Shown here: positions 25,901 through 37,869 of the stretch, piece by piece
How the letters are laid out: every line of letters begins with the position of its first letter
Position numbering within the stretch: position 1 is the stretch's first letter
DNA from: Nemertoderma westbladi
Taxonomy: Eukaryota > Animalia > Xenacoelomorpha
NCBI GenBank assembly: GCA_032718475.1
Contig: JAUCBJ010006854.1
Coordinates: 8,660-72,659 of the forward strand
Direction: 5' to 3'
Length of the DNA stretch: 64,000 bases
The notes under the pieces: model-generated
The model's database searches: none
Seen by the model: the letters and a program-made list of their open reading frames with translations, nothing else
What the model was told of the DNA's origin: nothing
Position numbers and translations under genes: made by a program

Positions 25901-26398
25901 TCCCATAGCCTACTGAGTGATTACTTTGTCCGGTAACCAAGTGAGTGATTACTTTGTCCCGTAGCAAACTGAGTGATTACTTTGTCCCGTAGCAAACTGA
26001 GTGATTACTTTGTCCCGTAGTCTATTGAGTGATTACTTTGTCCCATAGCCTACTGAGTGATTACTTTGTCCCGTAGCCAAGTGAGTGATTACTTTGTCCG
26101 GTAACCAAGTGAGTGATTACTTTGTCCCGTAGCAAACTGAGTGATTACTTTGTCCCGTAGCAAACTGAGTGATTACTTTGTCCCGTAGTCTATTGAGTGA
26201 TTACTTTGTCCCATAGCCTACTGAGTGATTACTTTGTCCCGTAGCCAAGTGAGTGATTACTTTGCCCGGTAACCAAGTGAGTGATTACTTTGTCCCGTAG
26301 CAAACTGAGTGATTACTTTGTCCCGTAGCAAACTGAGTGATTACTTTGACCCGTAGCAAACTGAGTGATTACTTTGTCCCGTAGTCTGCTGTGTGATT
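10952..26398. repeat. 28-bp satellite array (~550 monomers, ~15.4 kb) with higher-order repeats
   Basis: Near-invariant TGAGTGATTACTTT followed by one of a few 14-mers: GTCCCGTAGCAAAC, GTCCCGTAGTCTAT, (A/G)TCCCATAGCCTAC, GTCCGGTAACCAAG or GTCCCGTAGCCAAG. Confidence 0.98.
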
Positions 26399-26556
26399 CT
26401 CGAGTACTACGCGAGTATTTTAATGAAAAATATAGATTTCGGCGTTCTATCCACAGTTATCCGCACCAAAATTTGTCAACCAATATATAATTTCACGTGG
26501 AAGGAATTAAGCAATAATTAAGCACACAATTAATTTTGGTAAAAGTAAATGAGAGA

Positions 26557-27951
26557 TTAAGAAATACTAGAATCGGTATCAGTGTGACTGATGTCCATGG
26601 AACTGTCTGGGTTATCAGACTGTTTGTTCATACAGGTTAGTAACAAAACGGAGGAGACCAACCGATTAGTAGACTGTTCGTTATCCGAGAGAACGTTAGC
26701 TAGATGTTCGGATCTGGATCGAACCACGCGCTCCAACCCATCATGTGCCGGCGCGGGCGGTTGGCTGCCCCGCTCCTCCCAGACCGAGCGCTGTCTGGCC
26801 TCCTGTCGCCGGGACAACTCCTCCACAGCCGAGTTGCATGCGGCGATCGCTGAGATTAACGGCTCGAGCGATCCCTCCAAGTCGCCATGGACACTCACGG
26901 ACTGGTTGATGGAGGTCACTGCGCCGACTCGCAGCACCTTGGCGCTGCTTTCTAGGTGCTCCACAACCACGGATACGTCGCCGCAATCCCGCGGGACGCG
27001 CCTCTCCTCCAACCCCAGTTGCACGTGGCCGCGATGCAGGTCGCACAACGACTTCTTATCCTTCACCACGGAGGAGAGGAACTCATGCGGACGGAGTAAC
27101 TTGAGTTTAACGACCCCGGCGTGGCGACTCAACACGGATTTACTTCGCGCCTCGGTTGCGCAGTAACCGACTTTCACTTGATCCTCAATCTTGTCGCAGA
27201 ACTCCAGATCGGCGAGCCACTGAGCCCGTTGCGATGCGGTGCAGTTCTGATCGAGGTCGAGTCGACTAGAAATCCGGAAGAATCGCAGGACTGCGGTGAG
27301 TTTGGTTATCGCGCGGGTGAGTCGCTTACGGGATTGCGTTATCGGAGGGGCGAGGCGATCCAGGAAGCTGAGGAAGGCAACCTGGGACTCGAGTAATCGG
27401 CTGAAATCGGAGTAAACGCGCTCCGCGAAGCAGATCGCCCGGGAGATAAACTGCTTTCGATCCTCGTAGCTAAACGTTTTCGGGTTCCTTCTATCGAACG
27501 GAACACAAACTAATTCTTCGCGCGTCGTCGGCGCGATCGGACTGTACGCAAATAAATATCGAACGGACGACGGCGAGTAGCGGTCCGCGCAGTAGGTGAC
27601 CGCTAAATCCCCATCCAACGGCCGTTTCCCGCTTCCGGTCAATAAAATAACATTATTACCCCGTAAACCCAGGTTGTAGGCTACCAACTCAACTACGTCG
27701 CCTATTTTGTGATTCTCGGATAACTTGTAGGTTAGGTATTGGTTTAGCGCCGGTACGTAGACGGAGAGGTTGTTAGTGGCGAGGATTCGGTCCAGAAACG
27801 CGAAACATTCCGGTCTGTCATCCTTGGCCGCGTGCTCTTTGACACCGCGGGTTTTTGGGTTGAACCGCAACACCAGACGCAACCATTCCTCGAACTCATG
27901 GACGATGCACTCTGGGAGCTGTGTAGTCGGTGGTAGTTTAGTCAGGAATAC
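26557..27951 (-). CDS. IKK: IkappaB kinase alpha/beta-like, exon 3 (end of kinase domain, probable ubiquitin-like and helical dimerization regions, stop)
   Basis: Acceptor ttttcgcttgcAG|GTATTC, phase 0. VFLTKLP...EEWLRLVLRFNPKTRG resembles IKK kinase subdomain XI. Joined CDS 437+352+1395=2184 nt, giving 727 aa. Confidence 0.85.
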   Translation of the reverse strand, partial: VFLTKLPPTTQLPECIVHEFEEWLRLVLRFNPKTRGVKEHAAKDDRPECFAFLDRILATNNLSVYVPALNQYLTYKLSENHKIGDVVELVAYNLGLRGNNVILLTGSGKRPLDGDLAVTYCADRYSPSSVRYLFAYSPIAPTTREELVCVPFDRRNPKTFSYEDRKQFISRAICFAERVYSDFSRLLESQVAFLSFLDRLAPPITQSRKRLTRAITKLTAVLRFFRISSRLDLDQNCTASQRAQWLADLEFCDKIEDQVKVGYCATEARSKSVLSRHAGVVKLKLLRPHEFLSSVVKDKKSLCDLHRGHVQLGLEERRVPRDCGDVSVVVEHLESSAKVLRVGAVTSINQSVSVHGDLEGSLEPLISAIAACNSAVEELSRRQEARQRSVWEERGSQPPAPAHDGLERVVRSRSEHLANVLSDNEQSTNRLVSSVLLLTCMNKQSDNPDSSMDISHTDTDSSIS

Positions 27952-28818
27952 CTGCAAGCGAAAAGTTCCATAAATCTTAAATATTACTGAAACTATTATA
28001 TTATTATATTGTATCCAGGCCGCAATATTATTGAAGCTAAAGTAATAGTTTTGTTATGCTTGGAATGTCTCCTGTATATCAAATGTATTTAAGCTGAAAT
28101 AACTATAGAAGGGGGGTTGTAGTAAACAACAAACAAACTATATCATCGGACAACCAAAGCTATATACAGTAAACGTTAAATTCTAATTGTAACTAATGCT
28201 TATAGTTGTGTTGATGTGTGTCGGCGTCAATTTACCCAAATGAATTTGCTGAGCACAAGGTGCGAATTAATATCATTATGAAAAACACGGCCTTTTGGCT
28301 TTTATAGCCATTCCATCTGGGCCCCAAAACTTATCAACCAATAGCCTCAATGAATGCAAACTTGGTGGTTCTAGCCAATGGAGCTTATTAGCTTCCTATT
28401 ATAGTTAGGCATTCATTCAGGGTCGAGCAATGTTTATGGGTAAGCTTCGATTTGGATAAATTGGCGCTTCCAAAGTGGTTCAATATCTTGGCTCTTGTGG
28501 TAGTAGTAAATACAGGTCAAATACTTTTCCGAAAATTTCCTTTAAAAATCATATTTCCGGAAAACTCACATTCCTAGTCAAAAACGATTGGTCCATCCAT
28601 TACTTACGGAACTTACCTAAAATACTTTGATAAGCAACTTAATGCTGAATATTAATTTATTTTACTTTGTATTCTATGACATTTAAACTACCTTACCAAT
28701 CCACCTCCATATAATGTAGCACATTCATCCATTCATTCCATTTTAATTTCGGTCAAAGGATACAAATCTCTGCTGGAGATGATCATTGTAAATATATTGA
28801 AGATGCCATTCCACCCAC

Positions 28819-29170
28819 CTTGGCGCATCTATTCTGCGCGTCCACGGTATTAACTCCTATTATCTCCTCGTCTCTCTTCTTCTCCACAGCCGCTTTCCAA
28901 GTGAGCGGCGAGTCGTCGTGGAAGAAAGGCCGTCTCCCCGTGAGACACTCGCAGACCAGGACGCCCAACGTCCAGAAGTCCACCACTTTCGTGTACTCAT
29001 GTCCGCCGCCTTCGATAAGTTCCGGGGCCAAATACATCATCGTTCCCACGAAACTCTTTGCCAAGCTGTTGTCTGGGTCCAGTTGCTTCGCGTACCCGAG
29101 GTCTATCAGTTTATACACCTTGCGGTCGTCGCTGTCGATCTGAATGACCACGTTCTCCGGTTTTAGGTCT
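28819..29170 (-). CDS. IKK: IkappaB kinase alpha/beta-like, exon 2
   Basis: Acceptor ttcgccAG|A GAC CTA AAA CCG GAG AAC completes HRDLKPEN. YKLIDLGYAKQLD..SLAKSFVGT..YLAPEL matches the IKK activation loop (SxxxS). Donor AAG|GTGGGT at 28818. Confidence 0.9.
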
Positions 29171-29564
29171 CTGGCGAATATAAAGCAAATGTTTAGTGCA
29201 TACCATAATATTTTTATTTTACAGTACAGCAGTAATAGGCTACCACTACCAGTGTCGTGTCATATACAGATATAACATATTGTATATTGTTAGAACTCCT
29301 TACTTAATTTTGCCATGGATCTACTCAGACTCAGACATACCTAGTAAATATGATAGAATTCCCGCCGCCCGGGGCATTCTAACAACATACAGCAGTACAG
29401 GCAGACAGGCACGTTGATGAATGCTGGCGCTGGGGTTGACAACAAATGCCAACCAAATCATGAAAAATTCAAAAAATAACTAAAAATGATTTTAGTTTGC
29501 CTTTGTTAAAATTCTTCAAGTCCAGTACCGGTATTCAATCCAGCGGCCTGTCGGTTTTCCTTAC

Positions 29565-30001
29565 CTGTGTATCACCCGATACCTGTGAAGATGCTCCAAC
29601 CCAGAAGAAACATCCGTAACGATCGCTCGAACAGTACATTCATCCAATCCCATGCAGGATTCCGGTTGCGAGAGAATCCGTCGGAGATCACCGCCTTTAC
29701 AGAACTCCATGGCGAGGCAAGGGAGCACTGTGTAGTTGGCAGATGGTAATGGGACGAGTGCTGGAGGAACGGGGAGGGTCTTCACAACGTTGGGGTGCGG
29801 TATCAACCTATTCATTATATCAACCTCGTCGTTCCATCGTCTGCATTGACGTTCACTGGGTAGGAAACTCTTAAACTCTTTGAGTGCGAGTTCGAACTTG
29901 GATGTTTCGTTGCGGAATAATGTTACCTTCCCGATAGCTCCGGCTCCCAGAACTCGCACCTCCTGCCAGATGTCATCACTTTTGTAAAGTGGACTCGCCA
30001 T
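29565..30001 (-). CDS. IKK: IkappaB kinase alpha/beta-like, exon 1
   Basis: ATG at 30001. Motifs LGAGAIGKV, ALKEF, RWNDEVDIMNRL, HPNVVK, PCLAMEFCKGGDLRRIL, ESCMGL. Donor CACAG|GTAAGG. Confidence 0.9.
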
Positions 30002-30389
30002 TTATTTGATTACCATTACATGTACCGAGTTTCTAAATTATACCGTTATTCTGTATTATTCTATTTAGAATAGATCAGTAGATAGACACTCTAGACAATC
30101 CACCAATCTGCCAATCATTTTATTGATTTTAATTATCAGACAATAACCGGAATTAAACATACTGTACAGCTGTAGGCCTAAACGATTGGCTACTCTACAG
30201 TAATACCTGAATACACAGTAATACCGGTACCGGCTGACAGGTGAGCCTACTCTTGTAAAACGAGGATCCTAGCAAAATCCGCGGATCCTGTTGCGGATCC
30301 CATAGAAGCAAATGACGGATCCCAGTGCAGCATTAGGTGTAGGATCCGCGGATCCTATTGTTCTACGCATGTCCTTAGATCATCATAAT

Positions 30390-32141
30390 AATGATGGGGT
30401 GATGGTAACTCAACCTACTGGATCCAGAAGTCGAGGAAATCCTGCCAAAGTACCTAACTGATCTAGACTTTGCTGATGATGACTTGGATGGTGATGGCTG
30501 ATGGAGTACTCTCATAAATAACTAAGGGAGCCCAACGGCTCCTCAGCTCATTCGAACAAACATGATGCTTCTAGTGTTGGTATTTTTATTAACTCCAAAA
30601 AGACCAAAATTTTGACAGTTAACTTTGAAAGTCCTCAGCAAGTCTCTGACCGGATGAGCATAAGCTCAAAGATGGCGCTTGAGCATGTGGACAACTTATG
30701 TTACCTCCCAGTGAAAAGTGCGCAAGCGTATTGCAAGCGTGGAACGCCAGGCACCAGGCGTATCTGATGTGATTCCTAAGAGTTATGGCCGGACCTTTAC
30801 GCAACGACCTACTTGCGATAAGTCGCATAGATATCGCAACAACTTGTGTTAAGTCGCATAAATATCGCAACAACTTGCATTCAGTCTCATAAAACTCACA
30901 TGCGATTCACTTCCGACTTTCAAGCGTCATGACGCATAAATGCCACAAAAATCTACTGGTTGTGATTTTTGTGTAATATATTGAGACCTTGTGACAGAAA
31001 ATATGATTCATCAGTTGATTATTCCACTACTGTTTGATACTATGGGCTTCCATATCATCTGCCTACTGTACTTACCTTACTGCCTTACATTACATTACAT
31101 TACACTCTCTAGACATAGAACATCAGACATACTGTATGAATCAATACTAGAAATGATTGGTTATATTTATATACAGGATAATATCAATAGATTAGAATAA
31201 CCATGATCATGATACACTTTTAACTATTCCCTATAATTTTCAATTCTATAAAATATATTAATATAATCACTGAATTCGACAGCCATATTAGATAATTCAT
31301 ATTCACCACTTTTATATTTTTAAACTATTTATTTCTTGATAGGCAACTTTATTTTAATTAATAATCTTTAGTGTAATTAAAAACATGGGATTCGCATGGG
31401 AATTAACTCTTGAGAATCTCATGGTGTACAACATGCGTAAAATAAGCGTTAAATGATGAGGTGTGATTCCCATGCGATTTTCATGCACGGAATCACATGC
31501 GTAAAATAAGTTGTGAATCGCATGCGTGGAATCGCTTCCCTATTTTACATGTGAATCACATGCGAATCACAAGAGTTTTATCGCTATTTATTGAGCCGCA
31601 ATAAAAACGCATGACGCATTAAAATCACTTGCGATACGTACAGTATGCGCATTTTTCACTGGGCTGGGATCATGGATCCGGAAGTCAGGTGAGGACCTTC
31701 GAATACGTAAGGGAAAGGCATGGGCAAGTGGGCAGCCTAGAATAGGCTTTCCAGGATTTGGAAGTCGCAGAGAATTAATCGGAAACTTGAAGTCCGATTA
31801 TTTACAGCAGCAGTAGTTCCAGTACTCCTCTATGGGAGACCATGTTGGGCTCTCTGCTAAGGACACCAAATCTTTGGATGGCAAATTCACAAGAATGCTG
31901 CGCCGGATTCATTGTGTCAAGTACAATGCACACATCTCTAACCAGACACTATATAACATTGGAGGTGTCTCATTGGTTCCCCCAAGCTTGATACTAGAAC
32001 AAAGTCACCTCCGCTTTGCAGGACAGTGTGCTTTCGCCGTGAGGACCAGCCAGTGCATAATCTTGTGCTTTGGCAGTCTCATGGGTGAATAAACATGGTG
32101 GACAGCCCATGACTTTTTTGAAACGCATCTTAAAGGGCACT
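30390..32141 (+). mobile_element. RTE-clade LINE fragment (RT C-terminal half, decayed), interrupted by a DNA transposon
   Basis: PAKYLTDLDFADD at ~30441. YLGSW is restored when 30707-31663 and one TSD copy are removed. LDGKFTRMLRR...LRFAG follows. Closely similar to the copy at 44123-45128. Confidence 0.85.
30707..31663. mobile_element. Non-autonomous CMC/EnSpm-like DNA transposon (957 bp)
   Basis: TIRs CCCAGTGAAAAGTGCGCA...TGCGCATTTTTCACTGGG; 2-bp TSD CT (30705-06 and 31664-65); subterminal tcgcat/cacatgcg repeats; no ORF. Confidence 0.85.
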
Positions 32142-33815
32142 GACATTGTGCAATTGTAACATTGTGCAATTGTAACATTGTGCAATAACAATTAAAGAAA
32201 TAATAATTTGGTGCAATTAATAATTATCCAAGTAATTTAATTGGGGGCGATCAGCAAATAGCAGTGCTAGTGATAGCTGACTCCCGGGAGGGAGGACGGT
32301 GGGGGGAGTGGGTGGGTTGGGGGGGGGGGGGGGGGTTGGTTTCAGGTTTGCAGTATATTGATGTTGCATTGATTAAATTAATTCTATTAATAATATAAAA
32401 TACTGTAAATATAATAATATTATAGCCTAGTAGAAAAGTTCGTAGTTAATTTTCAAGGAGGGAACGTAATAATACATGGACACACGGGTTACTGAGCAGT
32501 TCGGGAATTATTGAAGTTGGAAATGTTTTAATTTTTTGGTGAATAAGTTGTTAGTTGTGCATTTACGAAAAAGCGCTCCAGTTGAGTTCCAGTTTATTGG
32601 TCCCTGGTAACGGACTTAATGCTTAGCAACCATGTGACGTATCATGGTAGGGAGTCCCTTATTAGGGACATAAAAGGAGTCGTTACAACAGAACGTGTGC
32701 GGTATCTATACAATATCGGAATTTTTTGTAAATAAGTTTTATATGTCAGGGGAATTATTTGTGGTATATTTCGTACATAAATTTGTTTATTTCAAGCTTG
32801 TATAAAAAATATATATTGGTAAAATATTAAGTGATTGGCAAATTGGTTGAGAAGAAGCTAGACTATGTTGAAAAAGTTATTATTCGAAATAGTTTGTTTA
32901 TTTTTTCTCGTAAAGGTTTTATTATGGAATTATATATACTTCCCCAGACAGTTAATGCATGCATATCCTCCTCACCCTCAAAACTTTATACAAATCCTAA
33001 CTTTGATTGCATGAAAAGTAAAACAGAGATGTTTGACATCTCGACTTCTTACTGGGTGAATCATAATTTTTATATTGTTTACTTTCAATCTCTAACTACA
33101 AGCGTTTGAAAAAGGTGTCTCCGTCGATATTAAAATCTCAAATTCGTCGCGAAATAGCGGAGATATGGGCGTTCGAAAGTTACATGGTTTTGCACCTGCG
33201 CGGGGGTATTTCATTTTAATAAATTTAATAAATACACGTACTGTACAGTACTAATACTGGCACCTTGAATCCATCCCAGTTTTAAGTTTGATTTGATTGG
33301 TACGTGTACTTGAATAACGACACTATATTCCGGAAAATGGTGAAAGTGACGCAAACTAGAAGGAAAGAAACAGGTTATTCTAACCAAAACAATTCACGAT
33401 AGTCAGGAGCATAACGCATTAACGATAGTAGGTTACGGTTCATTTTTTTTCGTGATATTATGGTAACAGTTGTTGCCGGCTGTAGTGGATGTCTAGCGTT
33501 TGCTTACTTACACTACACCCGTGATTTATTAACTTCTTCCGCTTGTGATACCCGACCCGTATATCTTTCGGAAATCTTTATAAGAGAAAAATTCAATTAA
33601 ATTCCTCTCCACTGATAACATTGCCTCTGCATTATCTATTCATTTTATCACACAATTATAATCAAAACATTTACTTATCTACATATATATATATATAAAA
33701 AATGTGAAGTTAAAATATTCTTAATTAATAAACAAGAGCACAAATGTGTGAATAATACATAATGGTACATATTCGGGAACAGTTTGGACCCATTCTAATT
33801 ATTTATCTTAACAAA

Positions 33816-34847
33816 CTATAACTCGTTCTTAGCTCGTTTCGTAAGAGACAAAACCAGGTCAGTTTTTTGAGCCACCCTTTTACAACCCGACATCGAATAA
33901 ACCTCAGTTTCTTCTGGGAAATATTGAAGTTTATATATAACTTTATTTACCAGAGTCTCGTCAGGCACCATACCTTTTAGTCTCATATAGTCTCTTATGC
34001 AATCCTTTACGTGGGAACGTTCCATCGGTAGGAACGGGATATAGGCGTCAACAAGGAACCTCGATATAAGCGCGGCGTGTTGCAGACCGCCCGCGGAGTC
34101 ATAAGCTCCCGCCTGCAACACATTCTCTACGTCGGTGAGAGCCAGAGTCTTGCGATCCCGCCCCTCCTTCCAGTGGTTGTACGCCAGCTCTACAATCTCC
34201 GATCCTCCGGTGTTACTAAGGAATATAAATATCGCCTTCCGGAAGTCTAAACCGTCGATGTCTTTGTGGTAATCCGTGAAGGGTTTCAACGTGTCCAGAA
34301 GACCCGGTTCCATTTCGTGAATCTCGTCGAATATAAACAAGGATCGCTCGCACTTACGGACAGCAGCCGTTATTTTTCGTATCAGCTGATCCTTGTATTC
34401 GGTTGTACGGGAAGCGTGAGGGAAGTTTAGCGTGGCTATAAAAAAGTGCACGAAGTTACTTTTCATCCCGTAGGTATATAAATTCTCGCTAATTATTTGA
34501 CTTACGAAGTTTTTCCCGCTGCCGGTCCATCCGTGGAAGGATAGGACCAAGGCCTTGGAGGGGTTGGGGTTGTTAACGTGATTATAGATGGTGCGGACTA
34601 CTGTATCCACTACAAGGTGCTGTCCATGCACTTTGTCCACGAGTTGGAGTTCAAGTTGCGTAACATTCGCGGGTATCCACGCACTCGTACAGCACTCGAA
34701 TGTAAGACAATACGGGTTCCACCCGATCCCCTTCCCGAAGTTTAGTAGAGTAGATAAGCCGAAAAAACTTTGCGTTGATAAGGGTTGAACTGCTCCAACG
34801 ATTACCAGGAAATACATGAAACAATGCACCATAGTTTTTGTCTTCAT
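33816..34847 (-). CDS. TOR1: Torsin-1-like ER AAA+ ATPase, single coding exon
   Basis: Hydrophobic N-terminal signal; CLTFECC; HGQHLV; KALVLSFHGWTGSGKN (torsin Walker A); LFIFDE; FIFLSNTG; PFLPMERSHV; SGCKRV; C-terminal KNEL. First in-frame ATG at 34847. Confidence 0.93.
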   Translation of the reverse strand: MKTKTMVHCFMYFLVIVGAVQPLSTQSFFGLSTLLNFGKGIGWNPYCLTFECCTSAWIPANVTQLELQLVDKVHGQHLVVDTVVRTIYNHVNNPNPSKALVLSFHGWTGSGKNFVSQIISENLYTYGMKSNFVHFFIATLNFPHASRTTEYKDQLIRKITAAVRKCERSLFIFDEIHEMEPGLLDTLKPFTDYHKDIDGLDFRKAIFIFLSNTGGSEIVELAYNHWKEGRDRKTLALTDVENVLQAGAYDSAGGLQHAALISRFLVDAYIPFLPMERSHVKDCIRDYMRLKGMVPDETLVNKVIYKLQYFPEETEVYSMSGCKRVAQKTDLVLSLTKRAKNEL

Positions 34848-35766
34848 ATTTACAGATTTACAGTTCAGCAATACAGGGAAATAATTCCTACTGAATTAAA
34901 ACAGTAGGCCTACAGCTGTACCTGTACCGGTACCTCAGAAGTACTGCTGTACTGCGGAGTGAGTACATTGAAATATGAAACAATACTGCAATAGGCCTAG
35001 AATTCATTCCCAGTCTGCAGTCCCACACACACTTGACTTGACAGCAGCTTGACAGAAAGTGGGAAATGGAAAGTGCTAAAAACCGGACCCACCTATACTC
35101 ATACACTCAGTGCTCAGCTTTACTCACCTGTGGGTCAATGCCAACTATATTGACCAAGTCATGTACGCGTACAGTACGGGACAAAAATATAAAAAAAAAC
35201 ACTAATTACTTACATTTAATTAATGGTTGGGTTGGGGGCTTACAAGTCACCGATAAACAGTAACCGCTCCGCTCCTTCCCCTTATTAATTGACAACAGAC
35301 CAAATTAATTTATTATCAAATTTGCTATTTGTGGAAAGGGTTTTTAGATTGGGACAGTACCGGTAGTTGAGAGTGGGACGAAAGTTGGGAATGGGACGGG
35401 AGTTGGGAATGGGAAGGACGATAAACTGGATTTAAATTCTAGTACGGAGGAGTTGTTTGAAGAATTTTATGATTTGTTTTTAATTGGAAAATAAACGTCA
35501 AAATTTATAATAATCGTTTTCATGTAAATTCCTTTCAATACCTAATCCATATGTCCCATACATGTCATCAAAAACTGTCTTGAAATTAAATTTTCAAATT
35601 AATTGTTTGATATAGAATAGCGTTTTTCAGTTGACCATTAATAATAGGCCTACAGTATGCTTTGTTTTGTGTATCACATTGTTATTAACAGGAAAAAAAT
35701 ATTTAGCCCCACTTTTTACGGCAAAGTTTCCCAGAAAGTGAAACTTAAAATACGCAGATAGTGGGG

Positions 35767-35914
35767 AAAGTAAAGTAAAGTAAAGTAAAGTAAAGTAAAG
35801 TAAAGTAAAGTAAAGTAAAGTAAAGTAAAGTAAAGTAAAGTAAAGTAAAGTAAAGTAAAGTAAAGTAAAGTAAAGTAAAGTAAAGTAAAGTAAAGTAAAG
35901 TAAAGTAAAGTAAA
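35767..35914. repeat. (AAAGT)29 pentanucleotide microsatellite
   Basis: Perfect run; forms the SINE tail. Confidence 0.98.
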
Positions 35915-36172
35915 TTTCCTTCGGCCACTAGGCCAGGGATTACGCACAAAGTCTGACGACTTATTTCCAGTGCGGTCCCCACAGAACTTTACTCCCCAGA
36001 GGAAACTCCAGTACTCATTTAGCTACCACTTAAGGAAGCAAGGCAGAGATGCGCCCTGGCTGGTCCCTTTAAAGCATTCGTGCCGAAATGAAAACTGCCC
36101 TGGCCCATGTGAGGATCGAACCCACGACTTACAGGAGATGTGAATTCAATGCAACCACTACACCAAGGTGGA
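35767..36172 (-). mobile_element. tRNA-derived SINE with (TTTAC)29 tail
   Basis: Minus-strand A box TGGTGTAGTGG (36165-36155) and B box GGTTCGATCC (36122-36113), a central body, then a 3' microsatellite tail at 35914-35767. Confidence 0.85.
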
Positions 36173-37869
36173 ACCTAGATATACTGTATATTGACAGACA
36201 TTCTCACATATTAACATTTCTTAACGGATTTCGATTCTATTTGTATGACATTTGACATTGTAGGTAATGATTGTGTCTACAAATTAATTGGGCGAATTTT
36301 AATCATTTTGTGAAAAAGTAATTTAGAGTTTAAATGCCCGATAATACAGTAAGGTCTAGTTTATTATTCTGCCGGTAGTAAGCTAAAACCGCTGTAATTA
36401 ATACTCTATACCTTTAAAACTAAAAACGATATTGAAAAACCATTTTAAGTTTTGAATTCACCACTAAACCTTGTCCTAAAATAAAAAATTAAATTTAACA
36501 TTTTTTGTTTTTCGGTGAGCCAACCATTTCAACATTCTAACTCCTTGCAAATTTATTCTATCAACTACACAGTAGGCATAGACTTCCCAATAGGCTGCAG
36601 CTTATAATGTAAAATGTTTATCGATTTTTCTAATAAACATACAGTAATTAAATATACTGTGTAGTGTTGCATCCTAATCCTAAATTGTAACCCTAAAAAA
36701 TCTTGATAAATTTAGACGGGCAAAATTAAACTGTGTGTAAAGTTGTGTTGTGGGGACTTCACAGTATGTGGATCGTGGATGAAGTCAGTGAAACTTAGAA
36801 GAAAGTTTTTAGTACAAGCATATCTAGTGTGAAGATGTAACCTTTGATCATGCTTTGTTATATACTGTGAACAATATGCTGTAAATTCTCCAAACTTTAT
36901 ACCGTAGGCCTAGCCTTACAACGCTGACGGACATAAAATTTCTTAAAATTTGACACGGTCGTTGTTTCTGAGATATTGATGATTGAACACTGGACTAAAC
37001 AATAAACATATGATATTGGCTTTTTTGGCCCATACTAGTGTTGCCACGGGATCGGGATCCACAATTTTCGGGATTCGAGATCGGGATTTTTAATTTTATT
37101 GCGGCTAACTTATCCAAAACTCATCCAAAACTTAAAATAGCTATCTGCCCTGCCCTCTTTATCGGAGTAAAAAAAATTAATTTCACATATGGTTTTAATA
37201 TAATTTCTGCTACATTTTTCATATATTTACTGCAGTCTAAATGAATCACTGCCACATAAAAATGTTTGTCATATTCAATAAAAAGCAACAAGTGTTATTA
37301 TATTATTTATAACTTTTTTAATGATTTTTTTATAAATTTTTAACCCTCGGAGTAGGAAAGCCTCAGCTTCGCCTCGGCAGTTCCTACTCCTCGGGTAAAA
37401 ACAACCGGAAAAACAACAAAACAACCGGGAAACAATTGCATGTAATTCTACAATAAAAGTATAATGCAGTGCAGTGTGCAGTAGCGAACTATACCCTCTA
37501 CAACGATATCTTTATTAATATTTTTACTCTTTGTTACATTTTTTTTTACATATATTTGGTTTTATTTTTTTTAAATTCATTAAATATAATACCGGTACTT
37601 CCGGACCGGTAGTCTATTTTATCTATTTTTAGCCTTCTGAATATTTTATATTCAGATTACAGTTAGCCGTTACCAATAAATACCGTTAACTTACCATTAT
37701 ACTTTCAATTTTTAGATTATGTAGGCCTACCTACATACAACATACAACAACCCACTATTATTTTTTTACTATTAAACTTGTGATATTTTTATCCTTATAT
37801 ACGGTCAGACGGTACGGTACGTTGATTGATTAGCGTACCGGTACGGTACTTTGCCAGATACAGCTATAG

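Noticed and set aside
10952-26398. CRISPR-like alternation of constant and variable 14-mers
   Set aside because: The variable halves are only 5-6 related, recurring variants rather than unique spacers. There are no cas genes and the context is eukaryotic.
28783-28818. IKK ORF continuing to a TGA at 28783 (pseudogene or recoding)
   Set aside because: A GT donor at 28818 splices in phase to exon 3 and restores a full kinase domain.
35627-35982. ORFs with YFTLL repeats
   Set aside because: They are translations of the (TTTAC)n SINE tail.
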